64,000 bases of DNA, taken from contig MNCI01001941.1 in assembly GCA_015680685.1 (NCBI GenBank), forward strand, positions 259,206 to 323,205. Direction: 5' to 3'. The stretch is from Gnetum montanum. Taxonomy: Eukaryota > Plantae > Gnetophyta. Shown here in pieces: positions 51,720 to 64,000 of the stretch. Numbering within the stretch: the first letter of the stretch is position 1; each line of letters begins with the position of its first letter. The notes beneath the pieces were generated by a model. It had not been told where the DNA came from, ran no database searches, and saw only the letters and a program-made list of their open reading frames with translations. A program made the position numbers and the translations under genes.

Positions 51720-53790
51720 GTTCTAGAATAGGTAGTGCTTTATCCTCTACTTATGCTAATTTCCTTGTCACTGATGTGGGTCGTTGAATAAAGTATGATT
51801 ATGCTTTCTATTTCTTTATAGGAGTCTAATCTCTACCTTGTCCTCTACCTATCCCTTTGGATCTCTTCTCTTGGGGTTATGATGGTTCTTCCACTTTGGG
51901 TATCCTTTTCGATGACATTTACAATCATAAGAAATCTCAAGATTACCGAAAAATTTCAAAAACATTTCTAACAAATCATAACCTTTCATTAGATTTTGGA
52001 TTTTGTTTAGAAACATCATACATAATTGATCTTATTTTTAATTTGGATTCCAAATTTTTAAATTCATCAATTTAGAATAAGCCCTAATTTAAAATAAATC
52101 CTTAATTCAATAATTTTCCAAGTGGTTGGAAACAAATTTTAAGTTAAACAACCTATCACTATCCCTAATTTATTATTAAAAAATGTTACAATAGTTGATT
52201 GAAGAGAAATTTAATTTTATTTGGTTAGATCATATGAAAATTAAATTATCATGCATAATACTTATCCTTAATTAATATTTTGGGTGTTAGAAAAAATTCA
52301 CATAATTCACAAGATTATGTGCAAATTTTCTCCTCCACAATTAAGATGCTTGCTCTAGAAGCAAAATAATTCAGAAACATGTTAAATATAATGTGTGGTG
52401 AGGAAGATATGGGGCTTGAAAGGTTTTCTAACAAAAGAAAAATAGTATCAACTATTCTTGTATGAAGTGGTAGAAATGAAATTTTTTCTAATGATTACAC
52501 ATATATATAGTTTTTATATGTGTGATATTGTACTTGTGACATCATTGATATGATATTGTATCTACAAAATTTTTTAAATTAGGCTCCTACCCTTAATGCC
52601 CTTGTATAACTACACATATCAATGTTTTTTGGTGCTTAAGGAGTTGAATGTAAATCATACTTGTCTTCTAAAACACACATGTCAGTATTACCCTAATAAG
52701 AAAATAACACTATGGTACATAAGATAATCAAATTATAATTATATATAATAAGAAGGCGAAATGGTCGTAGTAGAGATTGTAGAAAATGGAACATGATGTA
52801 TTTTACCATAAACATAATAAATTCTTTATGTAGTTCGTAGTTAAAGTAATCATTATCCTATCCATCTAAGATCCAAAGAAAGTCCATACCACTTACCAAC
52901 GAAATCACATAGTATCATTCTAAAACTTACATCTATAAGATAATCACAATTACAAGAAACATCATGACTTGACAATGAAAAAAAATAAAGAAATTTATTA
53001 AATAAGTAGTTGATTTTGATGGAGACTTTACCATTGGACAAATGACCACCTTTAAGCATGGGTAACATGTCATTTTAGTCACATGACAAGGCAGAAATTA
53101 TTTTGGAACATGCTTCCATTTTGCATTGCAATACAAGTAAATGATACAACTTGATAGTGTAATAAGACTTAACTAAGTAACTTTGGAGAATCCATAAATC
53201 CCCTTGATGCTATACCCTTTTCATTCCTGCTTGGCTCTTTTCCTTTTCATTAATGCATAATGATCACAAGTTTATTTTAGTTTTATTATGATGAGAATAT
53301 CATTATGTCCATGGTAAGAACATATTATTACTAAAAAGGAATGGGTGAGTGATGTGATCTCACTATATATAAAATTAGTCCTTCAATGATTTGATAACAT
53401 AGAGTGAAATTCTTACTATTTCAATCACATCTTACTTATTACTTGATACTTTATTAGAAAAATCAACAAAATTATGCATAAGAATAGGAAAACATATGAA
53501 AATCTTGAATAGGAAAATTTTTATAAAAATCAAAGATGCAAAAGAATAAGAAAATGTAGGAAAATATTGATGAAAATTTGTATAAAATCAAGAATGAAAA
53601 AATTTGTATAAAAAATCAAAGATGCACTAGGAAAATGTATAAAAATCTTGAATTATATTAAAGATTGGAAAATTCATAAGAAATTGTGAAAACAACAAAT
53701 GATGATGAAGATATTAAATAATTAAAAGAACACCAAGAATTTAGACAAATAGTAAGAAATTAGAGAAAATTAAGAAAGAATGTAAAAAGA
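51720..53790 (-). mobile_element. Fragment G: second copy of the element-F 3' region (diverged direct repeat of ~41950-44330)
   Basis: Shared blocks, for example AGTCCATACCACTTACCA (43408/52882), GAGAATCCA(C/T)AAATCCC, CATGGTAAGAAC and CAATGATTTGATAACA. Confidence 0.8.
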
Positions 53791-53799
53791 TTATACACT

Positions 53800-54305
53800 A
53801 CTAATGAGTTGCATTCAGTTGGTTGTATCGACGAGGCCCCATCAATGTAGTGTCAATTTTTGGCTATAAATACATGTCTACCAAGTGCATTTATGGCATT
53901 AGAGATTGTAGTTGTAGTGAAGCTCTTGTAATTTTTCCATTTGAAAGTTAGAATTTTTCTCCTAAGTGCCTACAGTAGGAGTCATCGAGTGTACAGATCT
54001 TTATTTGGGCATTATTGTACCTGAACACGACAATGTGTGCAGCAATAAAGACAAGCTTTCTAATAAACCTTGCAGTAGTTTGGATAGATTAAGTATTTCA
54101 TTTATGCATTTAGTGTTTTTAGTTATTTATTAAATGTTTTCCAAAAATTAAGTTAATGAAGAAATTAAGCAAGATAGGTTACACATAAGTACGATCATTT
54201 CGAACATAACACGTATTCCCTTAGTAATACCAGTAGTGTTATTGCTTGAAATGCCCAGTAGTATAGTGCTTGGTTTCCCAACAGTGAATACATGGGTTCA
54301 AGATG
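53800..54305 (+). repeat. LTR-like fragment of an unrelated family
   Basis: GGCTATAAATA at ~53862 followed by TTGTAA and AATAAA, a typical LTR R region; termini not resolved. Confidence 0.35.
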
Positions 54306-55900
54306 GGTATAGAAAGTGAGATCTGAAACACCACTAATTTCGACCTAGCACTTTGAAATGAGAACGACTCAAGCCCTTTCAAAGTTTCGGGAGGCAAAAT
54401 TTGGCTAAGGGATGGAGCTCACACCCAGCTTGCCCAAGGCAGCTTGCTCACCCTTAGCATGAGCAACTCCACATAGCATCAAAACTAAGTTTAAAATGAT
54501 CTGATTTTTAAGTTGTTTTTAGAAGATTTTTGGGGTCACGTTGCAAGTCACGTTGTAGCGTGAGTCTAGCGTGACCAACTCCAAGAGCCTCCAAACTGAA
54601 TCAAAATGATCTGACTTCCAAGGTGCAGATCATCCTCAGAGTTCATGGTCGACAACCTCTAGTCCCAGCTTCAGAATTCCAAAATTCAGAATGTTAGATT
54701 TCAGCTCAAAATTGCAAGTTTTCAGAAGTTTCTTCAAGTCATGCTGTAGTATGAGTCCAATGTAAGCTGCCATGAATAGCTCAAAATAGGTTATTTTCAA
54801 CCTCAATTTCTAACTCTCAAGATCAACCATAGCTAGACAATTGTTGCACTCAGGAATCAGGCTTCAAAGTTTGAAATTTGGTGAAATATTTGCAAGTCTT
54901 TGCTCACTCACATTGAGGTCACACTGCAACGTGAGTGCAGCGTGAGTGCAGTGTGCACATGCTCAAGTCATGCTAAGACAAAATCAACTCAAGCTGGAAG
55001 TCCTACAGAACCACTCGAATTGACACCCAACCGTAGTCAAGTCACAAATCTAGAAGTTTCGATGGAGACAGAACCAATTTCTCTTGTTGTACATTATCAT
55101 TGTAAATTTTCATTTGTGGGCTTGTCAAGCCCTCACGGTCCAAATTGTATATGCTTCCATGGGCTTGAGTTAGCCACATGTTGTAAGATACGATGAACTT
55201 GGTCAAGAACGTAGCTTGCCCACACATGTCCAACTCACGCACAATTGCCCATCGGACACGTGTTACTTGATTTCCTTTCCTCTCATCTCCCAGCCATTGA
55301 TTCCATTCATGAATTCTGCACCCGAGCCTGGCCAAAACCTATAAATACCATGTCAATTCACATAAATAGGGTTGGAAATTTTGAAGGTTGATGGCTTAGG
55401 AAACTCAGACCAACAATCCTTGGGCACTCCGGCACACTTGACTCCTAGCACTCAAGCATTTCTAAAACACATCACATCACCTCAGGGCTTGGCACTTGAC
55501 TTGCCATCCACACATGCAGCTATGCTTTGACTAGTGCACATATTTTTCTAAGAAATACAATATAGTTCATTTTTCCAGCCATTATATTATTTACTCTATT
55601 TTACATTCAGCTTACATTTTGTTTGTGGCACTATTTCTGTATATGCTTTGTTTGCATTTTGTTCATTATTGTTTACATTTCGCACATCATTAGTTACGAT
55701 AACCCCAGTGTAAGCCATAGTTTACGCTCAGGGAAGTCCTTGGTTGATTTGCATGCAGACCATCCAATGCACTCTACCTTCGTTTCCTTTTCCAGCTTTC
55801 CCTTAGGCGAAGGCAAGGTTAGTTGTGTTTGTTCGATGATGTTTTGGTGTTCATTTTCCCTTCCAACCTTACACCGATGATTTAGGTCAGTACAGTAAAT

Positions 55901-55918
55901 TGGCGCTAGAAGGAGGGC
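55901..55918 (+). promoter_or_regulatory. tRNA-Asn(GUU) PBS, best-preserved copy (element H)
   Basis: TGGCGCTAGAAGGAGGGC is complementary to the ..CCCUCCUUCUAGCGCCA 3' end of plant cytosolic tRNA-Asn as I recall it. Confidence 0.9.
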
Positions 55919-55999
55919 CTAACTTGCTTGTTGTTTGTTAAAACGTTGATCACGCTACCTATCAAAACTTATTCATCTTGTCCCTATGAGTCTCCCTGT

Positions 56000-56220
56000 C
56001 ATATTTGTCATGCTGCAGTTGTCACACTGTTGTAGTTGTCATGCTGTAGTTGTCACACTGTAGTTGTCATGCTGCTGTAGTTGCTCACACTGCAGTTGTC
56101 ATGTTGTAGTTGTCACACTGTAGTTGTCATGCTACTATAGTTGCTCACACTGCAGTTGTCACATTGTAGTTGTCACAGTGTCTGTGTCACGTTGCACTGT
56201 AGTGGTCATGCTGCATTTGC
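56000..56220. repeat. ~13-18-bp minisatellite TGTAGTTGTCA(CAC/TGC) in the 5' UTR of H
   Basis: About 14 copies directly visible. Confidence 0.9.
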
Positions 56221-56260
56221 TTGCATTCAACCCGTCTAGCTTAGTTTACTCACATTCATT

Positions 56261-59200
56261 ATGGAATCTTTCCAAATTAACCCAGTGACACTGTCGACCT
56301 CTGACTTTGGGACTGAAACCTCAAACCTTGTGACTACTACCGAATCCATAACTGTCATCGAACAGATAAACTCCCAAGGCCCTACATGCCATTCACTTAG
56401 GATACAGGGTAGAGACCCTACCTATGCAACTCTTACACCCAAACAATATAACTTCATCTGTGTCAAGATCCAAGCCAACTTACCCATCGATCATGTAGAG
56501 AGAGAAGCAAAGCGAGACTATGAACTTATCCACAAAGGAGGTCATGAATTCATTCTCTCAACATTTGACATAATCCCGCTCTCTGAACACCACCATAAAC
56601 TCATATCCCAGCTTCTCATGGCAAGAAGCCAAGCCTTATAGAAACCTCCGATAGAGCCTCAGGGTGGGGATGAGGAAGACGACTTCATAGCCCAATCTGA
56701 ACATGGGGATTCATACCATACCATCAGTCCCCATGCCCATACAAACCCATTATTTCAACCTTTCCTGGAAGAGACTAGGTTTCCACCACTAGCTTCTCTA
56801 CAGGAGATAGCCACTCACATTCCTATATTCTCCAAGTCCAACGTTCAATCCAATGTGTCCACTTCCATAATACCTTTGCAAATACAATCCCAACAGCCTC
56901 CTCCCCAAACTAATGTAGGATCAATCTTCTGACCTCAAGTGATTGGGATGCCATCAATCATACTAGCTTCCACGTCTACCTATTACATACCTCAGGTGCA
57001 AGTCTAGCAAGCACATTGACTACTTCACAACCTGTGACTGGGCAGTGGGTCCCACCAACTATTCAGCAAAACCTGTCTACCCATTATAGCATACCACACC
57101 CCATAGTCTCAGCCTCGAACGTCGTCGCATCACAACAAACAATAGTCCAACAATCTCTCTTTCCACAAACGATGCAACAATCAAATCATTATCAATTACC
57201 ATCAACCCAATTCGCCGGTTTGCCTACCACCCAAGAGTGGACAGATACGAAGAAAATGATGCATTCATTAGAAAAAGAATTAAAATGTCTTAAAACTATG
57301 AACACTAAGGAAGTCAAGGTACTAGACTTCTATCAAGATGATCCAATTGACCCCTCAGTCCCATCGCTAACCTTGCCAAAGGGAATTTCGTTACCTCAGC
57401 TAACTAAGTACAATGGAGAGGGAGACCCAAACGCTCACCTAGTAACATTCTAAATAGAATGTCTATTGCTTTAGGCATGTTCTCATGTAATTCTATGTGT
57501 GTTTGCAATGTCCTTAACTGGGAAAGCCCTAGACTGGTATTGATCTTTACCTCATAGTTCCATATCTTCTCTAGAAGACTTGTTGCATCAGTTTGTCACC
57601 CACTTCAAATACAATATGAAACCTGAAGCCATGCTAGATAGCCTGATTCAAATTAAACAAGCGCCATTAGAGCCAGCACAAAAATTTATCCAAAGGTGGA
57701 GTGCAGCCTTGAATGAAATTCACGAGTCTATTCCTGAAACATATCTACTTACCATCCTTAAGGTGGCTACGAATGACTTTATTAAATCACAACTTTACTA
57801 TTTAAAACCTCATATCTTGAGCCAAGCATTTGTGTAAATTAAAGACATAGAAGAGGCTACACAAACAAGCAATGACCCAACCTACTCGACCTTTAGGAGC
57901 CAACATACAAGAAAAGATAAATCCAAGATGACGATAGCAGTAGTGGCTAAGACAACCTGACCTAGCCATCCAGGACAAAAAGGAAAACAACCTGCTGTCC
58001 CAAATGGCTATGAAAGAAATACACCTATGCCTACACCTAAAACTTCCTCAAATAGGAACATGAACATGGGTCATGCCCATACATTTGAAAGAAAAGACCC
58101 TGCTCAATACACACCCTTGCCCATGAAAGCTTCACAATTTCTCGATCAGCTTCTAAAGCTCGAGCTAATTAAACATAAACAAATGTCTCCTGCAGCATCT
58201 CAAAGACATGATAGATTTTGTGAATTGGCCAAAAACCCAGCCTTAGCAATAGCTAATTAACCACCCATTCCAAGAGGTTTTAGGTTGGATAGGTTTTGTG
58301 AGTATCACCAATGACCCGGTCATGGAATTGATTACTGTTTCACCTTGAAACAGGATATACAACACATGATAGATAGGAGTGAAGTAGTATTCGATGAGGC
58401 AAGTCCAATAAGACCTCAGAACCAACCCATGGGGATCTACAAGGATCCTCTCAATGCTAGTGAAGCACCATATGTGATTAATACTATCCATGTGGAGAAT
58501 AGACAAGGCATCCCATGAAAACCTTTTGTGATTCATAGACCTTCAGAAAACACACCTACCCCAACATCTCCTCAAACCCCTTTTATCATACGCGCATCTC
58601 ACAAATCACAAAAACCATTCGTTATCCGCATACCTCCTTCCATCGCCACGACAACCATACCGTTCAAAAATCGACCCATTCCCCTTGTGATTCGAGTGCT
58701 AAAACACCTTGGCACACCACCCACCTCTACCCCCTCCTAACCTCTACGAGAACGTCTTGCTGATAGGTTAATGAGAGAGCGTTTGGAAAGAGAAAACAGT
58801 CAGCACAAATTAGGACCACCAAAGCCTACACTGCTAAGCGTTGTTCCTATGGGTCCATCTGTTAATGAGCCTAGTATGAGTCATCAAAACAAGGATAATG
58901 TCATGGGTTGTGTTCCAAACCTAGCATCCTTAGTAACTAATGCAAAATTTCCTCCACGAGAAATATGAATGCTGGATCAAATGGACCAAGTCTCCATTGA
59001 TAAAGGTGTTCCAAACAATAAAGACCTAGCAAGCGCATTGACCCAGGTCACACAAGCCTTAGAAACAAAGAATACTTCTTTAAGTCTGTATGATCTACTG
59101 ATGACTTCATCAGTACATCAAGAAGCTCTTGTACGGATGCTGACCTTGATCCTTGTTAGTTAGGACCTTCCTGTAGATGAACCATCCATTTATGCAGTAT

Positions 59201-59950
59201 TGACCCCACAACTTTAGGAATCAAAGACCACATCCTTAGAATTTCACGTTGAGGACATTAAGCTGGATGAAAAAATAGGAGAAGTCACCACAGCCCCTAT
59301 GTTCATAACGATACAGGCTAATCATTTCAAGATACGTAGAGTGCATGTTGATGACAGTGCAGCAACAAATGTAATACCTTTTCCCATCATCAAAAAATTG
59401 GGGCTTACTAAACAAATATAGCCCATGACAACTGCTTTTTTGAAATCCTTTAGTGGTTCCCGTGTTGGGGTGAAAGGTATGATCACCTTAGATTTCATAG
59501 CTAGAAACCAATTCCCCACATCAGCTAAATTCATAGTGGTTGATGAAATGCTAGGGTTTAATTTGATCCTAGGATGTCCCTAGCTAGCTCAACTTAAAGC
59601 CGTATCTTCACTAATCCATCAAGAGATCCACCTACCTTACGAGGGTGGTGAAATCATCATACATGGGGATACAATGGTATTGATCACTTAGTCACACTCT
59701 GAGGTAAGTCAGGAGTCAGAACTCAAGTTCATTGAACCTAAGCAAGAAACTGTGAACATACGTCAAGACACAAACCCAACGTTAATTCATAATCCTACTA
59801 GCACTGAAGAAACATAGGAAGATGCAAACATAGGAGCCATTCCTACCAATGTCTCCTGGTCAGAACTACCCTTTGACATCACCGATGAAGGAGAAGGTGA
59901 GTATAAAATCATACCCACATGCCCAACCCCACATGTTAATGTTGGCACAT
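56261..59950 (+). pseudogene. gag: gag-protease of element H
   Basis: SLRIQGRDP..YNFICVKIQ; FYQDDP..KYNGEGDPNAHL; FCEYHQ*PGHGIDYC; LSLYDLLMTS; IRRVHVDDSAATNV; FNLILG. Confidence 0.95.
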
Positions 59951-60129
59951 TTTGGCCATTTCATGGAACAGAGATATGAGATGATTGAAACCTTCAAATT
60001 ATTTCATTAGAACTATTGAAATGGCAAGATGTAGGTTGAAAAGGTATTGATTCCTGTCACTCGCTAAAAAAATATTGGATGAGATGGGCTGCATCTATTC
60101 TCCCTAATATTAATTCTTCAAATGGTCAG

Positions 60130-60300
60130 TTTTATGCAAAGCTTCATTTCTGGTTCAATTACTAAGGAGTTGAGCAAGTGTAAGAGTATGGTGTTTCTTG
60201 ATTTGAGTTCAAATGAGCTTACTGGAAACATTCCTACACATCTCCCAATTCCTTGCATAATGAATGTACCTTAATGTTAGTGGTAATTCTTTGGCAGAAA
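60130..60300 (+). pseudogene. Fragment of a plant extracellular-type LRR (RLK/RLP-like)
   Basis: ELSKCKSMVFLDLSSNELTGNIPTHLP matches LxxLDLSxNxLTGxIP. Confidence 0.7.
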
Positions 60301-60479
60301 ACAGGGGCTCACTTTGTATTTAAATTAATTTGGGATGGGAGATTTTCCATCAAACCTGTTAATTTCTACATTCAAAGATAACATGAGGCATAAGATGAGA
60401 GAACAAATCGTCCATAGGCAACCATATTATGTAAATGAATACAAACTAATCTAAAACAGAGTTACTGCAAAATCATTGT

Positions 60480-60870
60480 AGTTATATCTTCTAAGAAATT
60501 CTTGGTTGAGTGACAAACATATTCCATTAAGCCTAAGCGACTGAACAGCCACAATGCTATCTAGAAACATAAGCTGGTTGCAGCCTTGGATCATCTCTAT
60601 TTCCAAAGACTTGAGACACCCTTCAATCCTAGCAACATTTCTGAGGTGGTCAAAACCAACTACACTGAGCTCTGAAAGTTTGAAGACTAACTGCGTGTGG
60701 ATAGATTCAACCATCGTACATGTATTCACAGTGAGCCATCTCATGTTTGAAAGATTTGCCAATGTGGATAGCAATCCTTTCAATGGAGGGCAATCTACAA
60801 TCTCCTGAAGTACCAAACTTTTTGAAGTTGTAGACAGTTGAAGGCAGTTGCTGTAAATTCTAGCAATCAC
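60480..60870 (-). pseudogene. Fragment of an NLR-type (disease-resistance-like) LRR region
   Basis: LQEIVDCPPLKGL..LANLSNMRWLTVNTC..LSELSVVGFDHLRNV..LKSLEIEMIQGCNQLMFL follows LxxLxIxxCxxL. Confidence 0.65.
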
Positions 60871-61533
60871 ATATAAGTAGGTATCCTAGTTGCTGAAGGT
60901 TCCCTAGATATTCGAGAAGCTATTACAGAAAGCCAACACAAGTCCTACCACTTTGCTACAGCCCGGCAACGTGCTCAATAGCAATGTCAACCCAAAAATT
61001 AGCAAAAATTCATGGCCTGCATCAAGCCCTAGCGATACCACCGTTACTGACGAATTTGAAAGAACTTAACTGTGAACCATCACTGAGGATTTACAGGAAG
61101 ATGTGGCAGCTACCAACGAACCGTGTGCAGAAGTAGTTTCAACTGCTACGGTATTTTTGGGAGGTGCAACTTGCATGACGAGTTCAGTGGAGGCATGGCT
61201 GCGCGTTGTAGAAGCTCGTTGAGAAAAATTGGCAGCTGGCCAAACTACAAAGCATCTCCTCCACAAATATTTTTAAGGTTCTCACTTTTGATAAGGCATA
61301 TTTTCATGTTTTAAAAAAATAAACTCATCGGTTGTTCCTCCAATCCATTTTCATTCTGCTACATCCATTTGTAAAGTAATTTCTTCACTAGACATGGAGG
61401 TCTCTTCTTGTAAAAATGAAACATTTCTACGGCTTTGTGACTTAACTAGAGGTAAACATTGGATGAAAATATTGTATACCCCTATGAATTCTTAAGGAAA
61501 AAGTATTATAAGAAAAAAGAAAAAATAAGAACT

Positions 61534-62370
61534 TGTTGAATATTTGTCTAATATCCTACACTTGTTAGTTGTAGCTTATCGGTGGTTACAACCATCCAAA
61601 AGTTTTGTAAATTACCTAACTTGTTGGGCAAGTAATCTCCTAACTTGTTGGGCAAGTTACTTGGGAGAGAAGTTAGTAAAGATATTTTGAATGTAACTAC
61701 CTTTTGAACCCTATAAAAAGGCTTCAGGGGTAATAAGAAATATCATCACAAGGGGAATACAACACACTTTGGAAGACTTGGGATCACACTTGGGCTCTCA
61801 CTTGGAGACACACTTGGGGTCTTGAGAAGAGCATTGTAAAGAAGAAATTGTGAAAGATTGCTTGTAAGATGACTAGCTAAATAAAATATTTCAGCTTCTT
61901 TGTCATAGTCCTATGAGTTATGTTTTATTTTTATTTTGTTTAAATTGTCTAGCTAGTGGTTTAGATAGTATCATCCTTGGCGAGTAATTTTGGGATTTTT
62001 AGATTACTCTTATTGTTCTTGTTGCCTGATAAAAATTTCTATTAAAATTTTTCCATAGAAGCGCTTGTGTTTGAAAGCCTTAAGAGCATTTTAATAGTGA
62101 ATTTGGTTATTGTGCAATGTATACGAATTTCTATTGAGATCGTTGTAAGAGAGCCTCTGCTTGTAGTTATGCTGTTGAACGATTCAATATTCAAGAGGGT
62201 TCAGAAAATCTTTGGTATTTTGATGGGACCAGAATAGCTTCTTTTTATCTTTAAAGTGAATCTTCGTGGTATTTCAATCAGAAATTTTCAAGTCTTTTGA
62301 AGGTTCTGTTGAATGCAATTGTTGACGTCCATTATCTAGCCAAAATGGAGTCTCCTACGTGGTAGTTTAC
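61534..62370 (+). repeat. LTR-like sequence of another family, running into a gap
   Basis: Purine tract then TGTTGAATA; 19-bp direct repeat CCTAACTTGTTGGGCAAGT x2; CTATAAAAAGG; TTGTAA. Confidence 0.5.
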
Positions 62371-62689
62371 NNNNNNNNNNNNNNNNNNNNNNNNNNNNNN
62401 NNNNNNNNNNNNNNNNNNNNNNNNNNNNNNNNNNNNNNNNNNNNNNNNNNNNNNNNNNNNNNNNNNNNNNNNNNNNNNNNNNNNNNNNCACAACCACACG
62501 GTGCAACAGCACACACACATACTCACATTAACTACTAAGTCTATTTGGAGGTATTTGGGCCTTGGTGTTGCCAGAGACCAGATAGGACCTAAATCTTGTT
62601 CGAGGACACTCGTTGGCGATCGCGTCCCAAACGGTCGCAAATAGTTAACCTACAAAAGATCAAGAGGCAACTCAACAACTAGAACAAAA

Positions 62690-62895
62690 TTACCACATGT
62701 TCGAAATGATGTTAAACTACCACATGTCCGAAATGAAATTAAACTACCACATGTCTGAAATNCGGACATGTGGTAGTTTAACGTCATTGCGGACATGTGG
62801 TAGTTTAATGTCATTTCGAACATGTGGTAGTTTNACAATGACGTTAAACTAGCATATGTCTAAAATGACGTTAAACTAGCCACGTTCAAAAATGA
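62690..62895. repeat. 27-bp tandem repeat ACATGTGGTAGTTTAACGTCATTTCGG, orientation flipping at Ns
   Basis: About 7 copies; one near-identical unit at positions 22-49 of the window. Confidence 0.85.
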
Positions 62896-63589
62896 CCATT
62901 TCCTTTTAAAATTTTTCGAAAACTATTATTTCTTTTGGCCCACTATGACATAAAACTAGTAACCTTTCTTTCCTTAGCAATAGACACAAATAGTCCACTA
63001 TGACTTTAAATTGATTTGAACAGCCTGAAATGGCTTTAAACTAGGATTCAATACATCGTAAAGCTTACAAACATTCACCACATTATGTCAAATTTTAGTT
63101 TAAATGATACAAGTTTCAGTCTCGATTTATGCCTTATCGTTGCTTTCTTCTTTTGCAAGAATTGATTTTATGTTTTGTTTCCACCATCTTACATTTAGTT
63201 ACACGTATATGTTCACGATAATATTGGAAAAAAGCAAATAAAAAAGAGAAAACACAAAATAAAAAAATGATATGACAACATGGTGGTAAAATTTCAACAT
63301 ATTAGGTCCACATTATTACACTTGTTAACTGCAACTTCCATCAAACATTCAAAAATCAAAAAACATTTAATAGCCAAAGTCTAATTAATAGTAAGCTCAT
63401 GGAGGGGGNGTTAACAAGTGTAATAATGTGGACCTAATATGTTGAAATTTTACCACCATGTTGTCATATCATTTTTTTATTTTGTGTTTTCTCTTTTTTA
63501 TNTTATAACAGAAAACAGAAAAAAAAACAAACAAGGTAAGAGTAGTAAAGAAAATCATAAACACAAAAATTAGGAAAATAGTAACACTC

Positions 63590-64000
63590 ACAAGTGAGGA
63601 AGGCCCTAAGTTAGTCTTCAAACACCGTAGAATCTCCACCTTGGGCACATTTGCCCAATCCTCCTCCAAGCCAAGATCAATGCCAGCTAAGGTTTTACCC
63701 TTGTCCACTGAGGTCCAGGTAGGACGCTCAAGAGAAAACATGCCTATAGAAGCCTCCCTGGAGGTAGTGGTAATTGTTCTCTCAGGAGATCCCTCCACCT
63801 CGGTGCACTAGGTGAACTTGTCATAAGTGGGCCGCAAGCCTAACCCATCAATGAACATCTCCATTCAGCGATGTTCAACTGACTCCTCCTTGAACCATTT
63901 CTTATACTGATGCTTGTGGTCATTTTGGTCTTGGCCCCACTTTCGTACCTTAGCCACAAAGGACTTCCAATCGTGACATTTCTATTCAGCAAATCCATCT
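63590..64000 (-). pseudogene. Penultimate exon of a third cargo-gene homologue (element I), continuing beyond the right edge
   Basis: KCHDWKSFVAKVRKWGQDQNDHKHQYKK..MEMFIDG..GSPER..ASIGMF..PTWTSVDKGK..EDWANVPKVEILRCL..GPSSL|GTGAGT aligns with A's KSRDWRDYCASVQEWGQTEKDHKHVYKR..LEVFVDT..ASPER..ASIPTF..PSWSSVEKGK..DVWPDLTEDEIMRRL..GPS. Confidence 0.9.

Larger units (their letters stand above)
54310..59950 (+). mobile_element. Element H: Tat-type copy (5' LTR to 55894, PBS, gag-PR), truncated after the protease
   Basis: CCTATAAATA at ~55338; ..TACA GTAAAT TGGCGCTAGAAGGAGGGC; gag-PR collinear with element A. Confidence 0.9.

Noticed and set aside
62690-62895. Palindromic arrangement of the 27-bp repeats
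   Set aside because: Orientation switches coincide with Ns. The repeat is real, but the inversion is probably an artefact.
63238-63502. Perfect ~92-bp inverted repeat (63238-63329 vs 63410-63501) resembling a MITE or hairpin
   Set aside because: The second arm is bounded exactly by single Ns (63409, 63502), typical of a flipped contig or gap-fill artefact.

Overview
This is eukaryotic nuclear DNA, most likely from a large-genome land plant. It is almost entirely a nest of Ty3/gypsy LTR retrotransposons, with several assembly gaps and no intact host gene. The dominant family is Tat-type: it has a tRNA-Asn(GUU) PBS, gag-protease, and pol in the order RT-RNaseH-archaeal RNaseH-integrase. Pieces of at least 6-7 copies are present: A (1-10340, minus, youngest), B, C, D, E, H and I. 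An Athila-like element without aRH lies on the minus strand at about 41-51.7 kb, and a patch of LRR gene fragments lies at about 60 kb. Main result: element A carries, antisense to gag-protease, a spliced 8-exon gene (304-4282) that I reconstructed by hand with all intron phases consistent and no frameshifts. It encodes about 1064 aa: an FCP1/NIF-like HAD phosphatase domain that has lost its catalytic aspartates, then a plant-transposon-type domain, an acidic linker and a coiled coil. Two diverged homologues (24.1-26.2 kb and 63.6-64 kb) sit in the same position and orientation in sister elements. Splice signals suggest the cargo gene lies inside a multi-kb intron between protease and RT. All domain calls come from motif recognition by eye, not from database searches.
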